From NCBI RefSeq assembly GCF_009914755.1, contig NC_060934.1: 64,000 bases of DNA; one strand, given 5' to 3'. The position numbers and the translations under genes are program-made. The stretch comes from the human T2T-CHM13v2.0 reference genome, Homo sapiens. The notes below the pieces were generated by a model, which was not told the DNA's origin, searched no databases, and saw only the letters and a program-made list of their open reading frames with translations. Every line of letters starts with the position of its first letter. The first letter of the stretch is position 1. Of the stretch, positions 60,986 to 64,000 are shown one piece after another.

Positions 60986-62366
60986 ATGCCCACGTGGTAA
61001 GAGCAAGGAGCTGGTAGCTTTCCGATGATTCTCAGATGATACTCAGCTTAATGTTTGTGTAGGCAAATTTTTATTTTCAAAACTTATTTGTCTCACTACT
61101 TTATCCAACTATGACAAATGAAAGAATATGAGACTGAGCCACAGAACTCTGTACTTTAAGCTGTCTTGTCACAAAGTATTAAATAAGATAAATTTGGTGG
61201 TTTCTCTGAAGCCCTTACTGTTCATTTATCCATCTCACCATCCATCATACTTTGCCCGATTTATTTGACTGGCATTGCCAATTTGGACTTGGAATGGAGT
61301 AAGTAATTCAAGTCAAAATTCTCATGCTTTGATAGAAATGTGTGTGGAAATATGCATAGACCACCAGTGTACAGACATTTACTCCAACTGATTCTGAGAT
61401 GTCAGAAGGGTTAGATACACTGACCACATTTATTCACTCAAAGTTACAACACATGATCTGGCCAAAGATTTAGGGGTTGTTTCTGGATATGAAAGGCGGT
61501 CCTGATGATAAGAGTTTAGATGCCCAAATTTGGGATATTTCTATGACAACAGGATAAAAGCAGCACAAGATAAAATCAAACCTACCCTGGAACCCAGGCC
61601 CCATGCTGGCTGGGCTGGCACTGCCAATTTTATATATATATATATATACACACACACAGAATTTTGTAACTTGTATTTTGCGCTCCTGCCTTCACTGCTC
61701 AATAAGACCATTAAAATTAAATAGTGGTGGTGGACCACAAAAAGGCAAACCCCAATAGCTTATACAATATGCAACATAAACTTTTAGGTCAGGTGGTAAT
61801 TCACTGGGTTGCTCATCCCGAGTGGTAAACTTCCAAATTGAGCTTTCTTGCAGAATTTCAATGAAGTGATCATTGACTTAAGTCCCCCGTCCCCCCACCA
61901 CCCCGCCAACAACCCTATCACGACTAAACTGAATTTTCACCTCAGCTGTTCCATAGTAAACAATGTAGATTATTGTTTTGGGGTGAAGAAAAGGCAGTCC
62001 TAGATATAAAATCAAGCAGATTTTTTCAGGTCCAGTTTTTCTTTTCTGTGGTTATCCTGGGTGAAGAAATAGCAACTTCAAAGGACAGATCCTGTGAATG
62101 TGACTTATTTATCCTGGTTGCTCTATCTCTGTGAATGTAAGTGACAGGTGGGGCTCAGAGGGAGTCTGTTTTGAGCATCTTATAGGTTGGAGAGGACCTC
62201 AGAGGTGAGCTGGTGCAATGGTTCTCAGGTGGGGCTCCACAGAACCCAGTGCTCCTTGGAGGCCCAAGGCAGGAAAGGTGGCGACCAAGCTGTTGAAGTT
62301 CCCAGGCACTTGCCCACTCCAGCCAGGACAGCTCCCCTTGCATCTGTTTTATATATTAGAGTATAA

Positions 62367-62806
<440 letters not shown>

Positions 62807-62823
62807 TGAACTTTGGCAGGTTT

Positions 62824-62905
62824 CACCCACAGAGGGGATGGTGTGGTGTGGCCAGTGGCTGGTTACACCCACAGAGAGGATGGTGTGGTGTGGTGTGGCC
62901 AGTGG
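62824..62905. repeat. ~42-bp tandem duplication with (GGTGT)n
   Basis: CACCCACAGAG(G/A)GGATGGTGTGGTGTGG(TGTGG)CCAGTGG x2. Confidence 0.9.
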
Positions 62906-62999
62906 TAGCCCTTAGCTGAAGCAGCTGATACAATGTGCCGGGGCCCAGGAGCTACAGGGGACCCACACGTGCATAACCAGGGAGCAACACTGCCTGTCA

Positions 63000-63388
<389 letters not shown>

Positions 63389-63830
63389 GGACAGACAGCA
63401 AGAAAAAATGGGTAGGGAGGTGCAGGCAGAGAAAGGGATGGAGGAAGAGGGGTTCCAGAGCAGTCTGTTGTTCTAGCTTTGAGAGCAGACAACTGGCCCC
63501 ACTGATGAACTCAGTTGCTCAGCAAACATGGATGTCTCTGGAAGCCCCTGGTGGATCAGGCACACCAAGGCATACAGTCCACCTGCTGTCTGGTACTGGA
63601 ACACTCACCCTAGCCCCTAACGGTGCGCCTGCACACCTCTACTCCCATTTGGGAATCTCATCTTGGCTCAGACAAAGCCAGTGCCCTGCTCAGAGAAGTA
63701 AAGAATGTGCTGCTTATAACAATAAACTGCATTACTAATTTGGATCTGTTAGATTTGCAGAAAACAAGATAGTTTAACCACTGTTATACTTGATAAAGAA
63801 CTTATTTAAATTAAAAGAAAATCTTGGTCA

Positions 63831-63994
63831 AGCTGGTCTCAGTGGCTCATGCCTGTAATCTCAGCACTTTGGGAGGCTAAGTTGGGAGGACTATTTGAAC
63901 TTAGGATGTCAAGGCCGCAGTGAGCTGATTGGGCCACTGCACTCCAGCCTGGGTGACAGAGACTCTGTCTAAAAAAAAAAAAAAGAAAAAAGAA
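63831..63994 (+). mobile_element. Alu left/right chimeric monomer (FAM/FRAM-like)
   Basis: Left-arm start, right-arm end, A tail. Confidence 0.8.
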
Positions 63995-64000
63995 ATATTG

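Overview
Primate (human-like) genomic DNA with no protein-coding exon, rRNA, tRNA or CRISPR array that I can support. Bases 1-50,600 are almost entirely interspersed repeats: about 35 Alu/FLAM/FRAM copies, a deeply nested and mostly plus-strand LINE-1/HAL1 stack (~3.8-35 kb) containing a structurally full-length but dead L1PB and a full-length older L1MD-like element, four solo LTRs (MLT2, MLT1A/MST-like, MER11, MSTA), DNA transposon relics (Tigger3a, two MER2, MER58, MADE1), MIR/L2 and microsatellites. A repeat-poor stretch (~50.7-55.4 kb) leads into a CpG-island promoter (~55.55-57.3 kb) with a non-coding first exon ending at a CAG|GTGAGC donor (55994). From memory this exon matches the 5' UTR of MACROH2A2 (H2AFY2); BLAST is needed to confirm. 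The rest of the window is intron 1. I see no convincing new multi-gene system. The best leads are: an ancient L1MB inverted repeat with arms homogenised up to 96% (candidate gene conversion or inversion polymorphism); a 1.3-kb non-repeat insert with splice signals inside HAL1; a near-perfect template-switch hairpin; twin Alus sharing private mutations; a MER11 LTR about 10 kb upstream of the promoter; and a strong-Kozak 87-aa ORF starting 11 nt inside intron 1. Repeat subfamilies were called by eye from remembered consensus sequences, and boundaries are approximate (about +/-20 bp, more for old L1).
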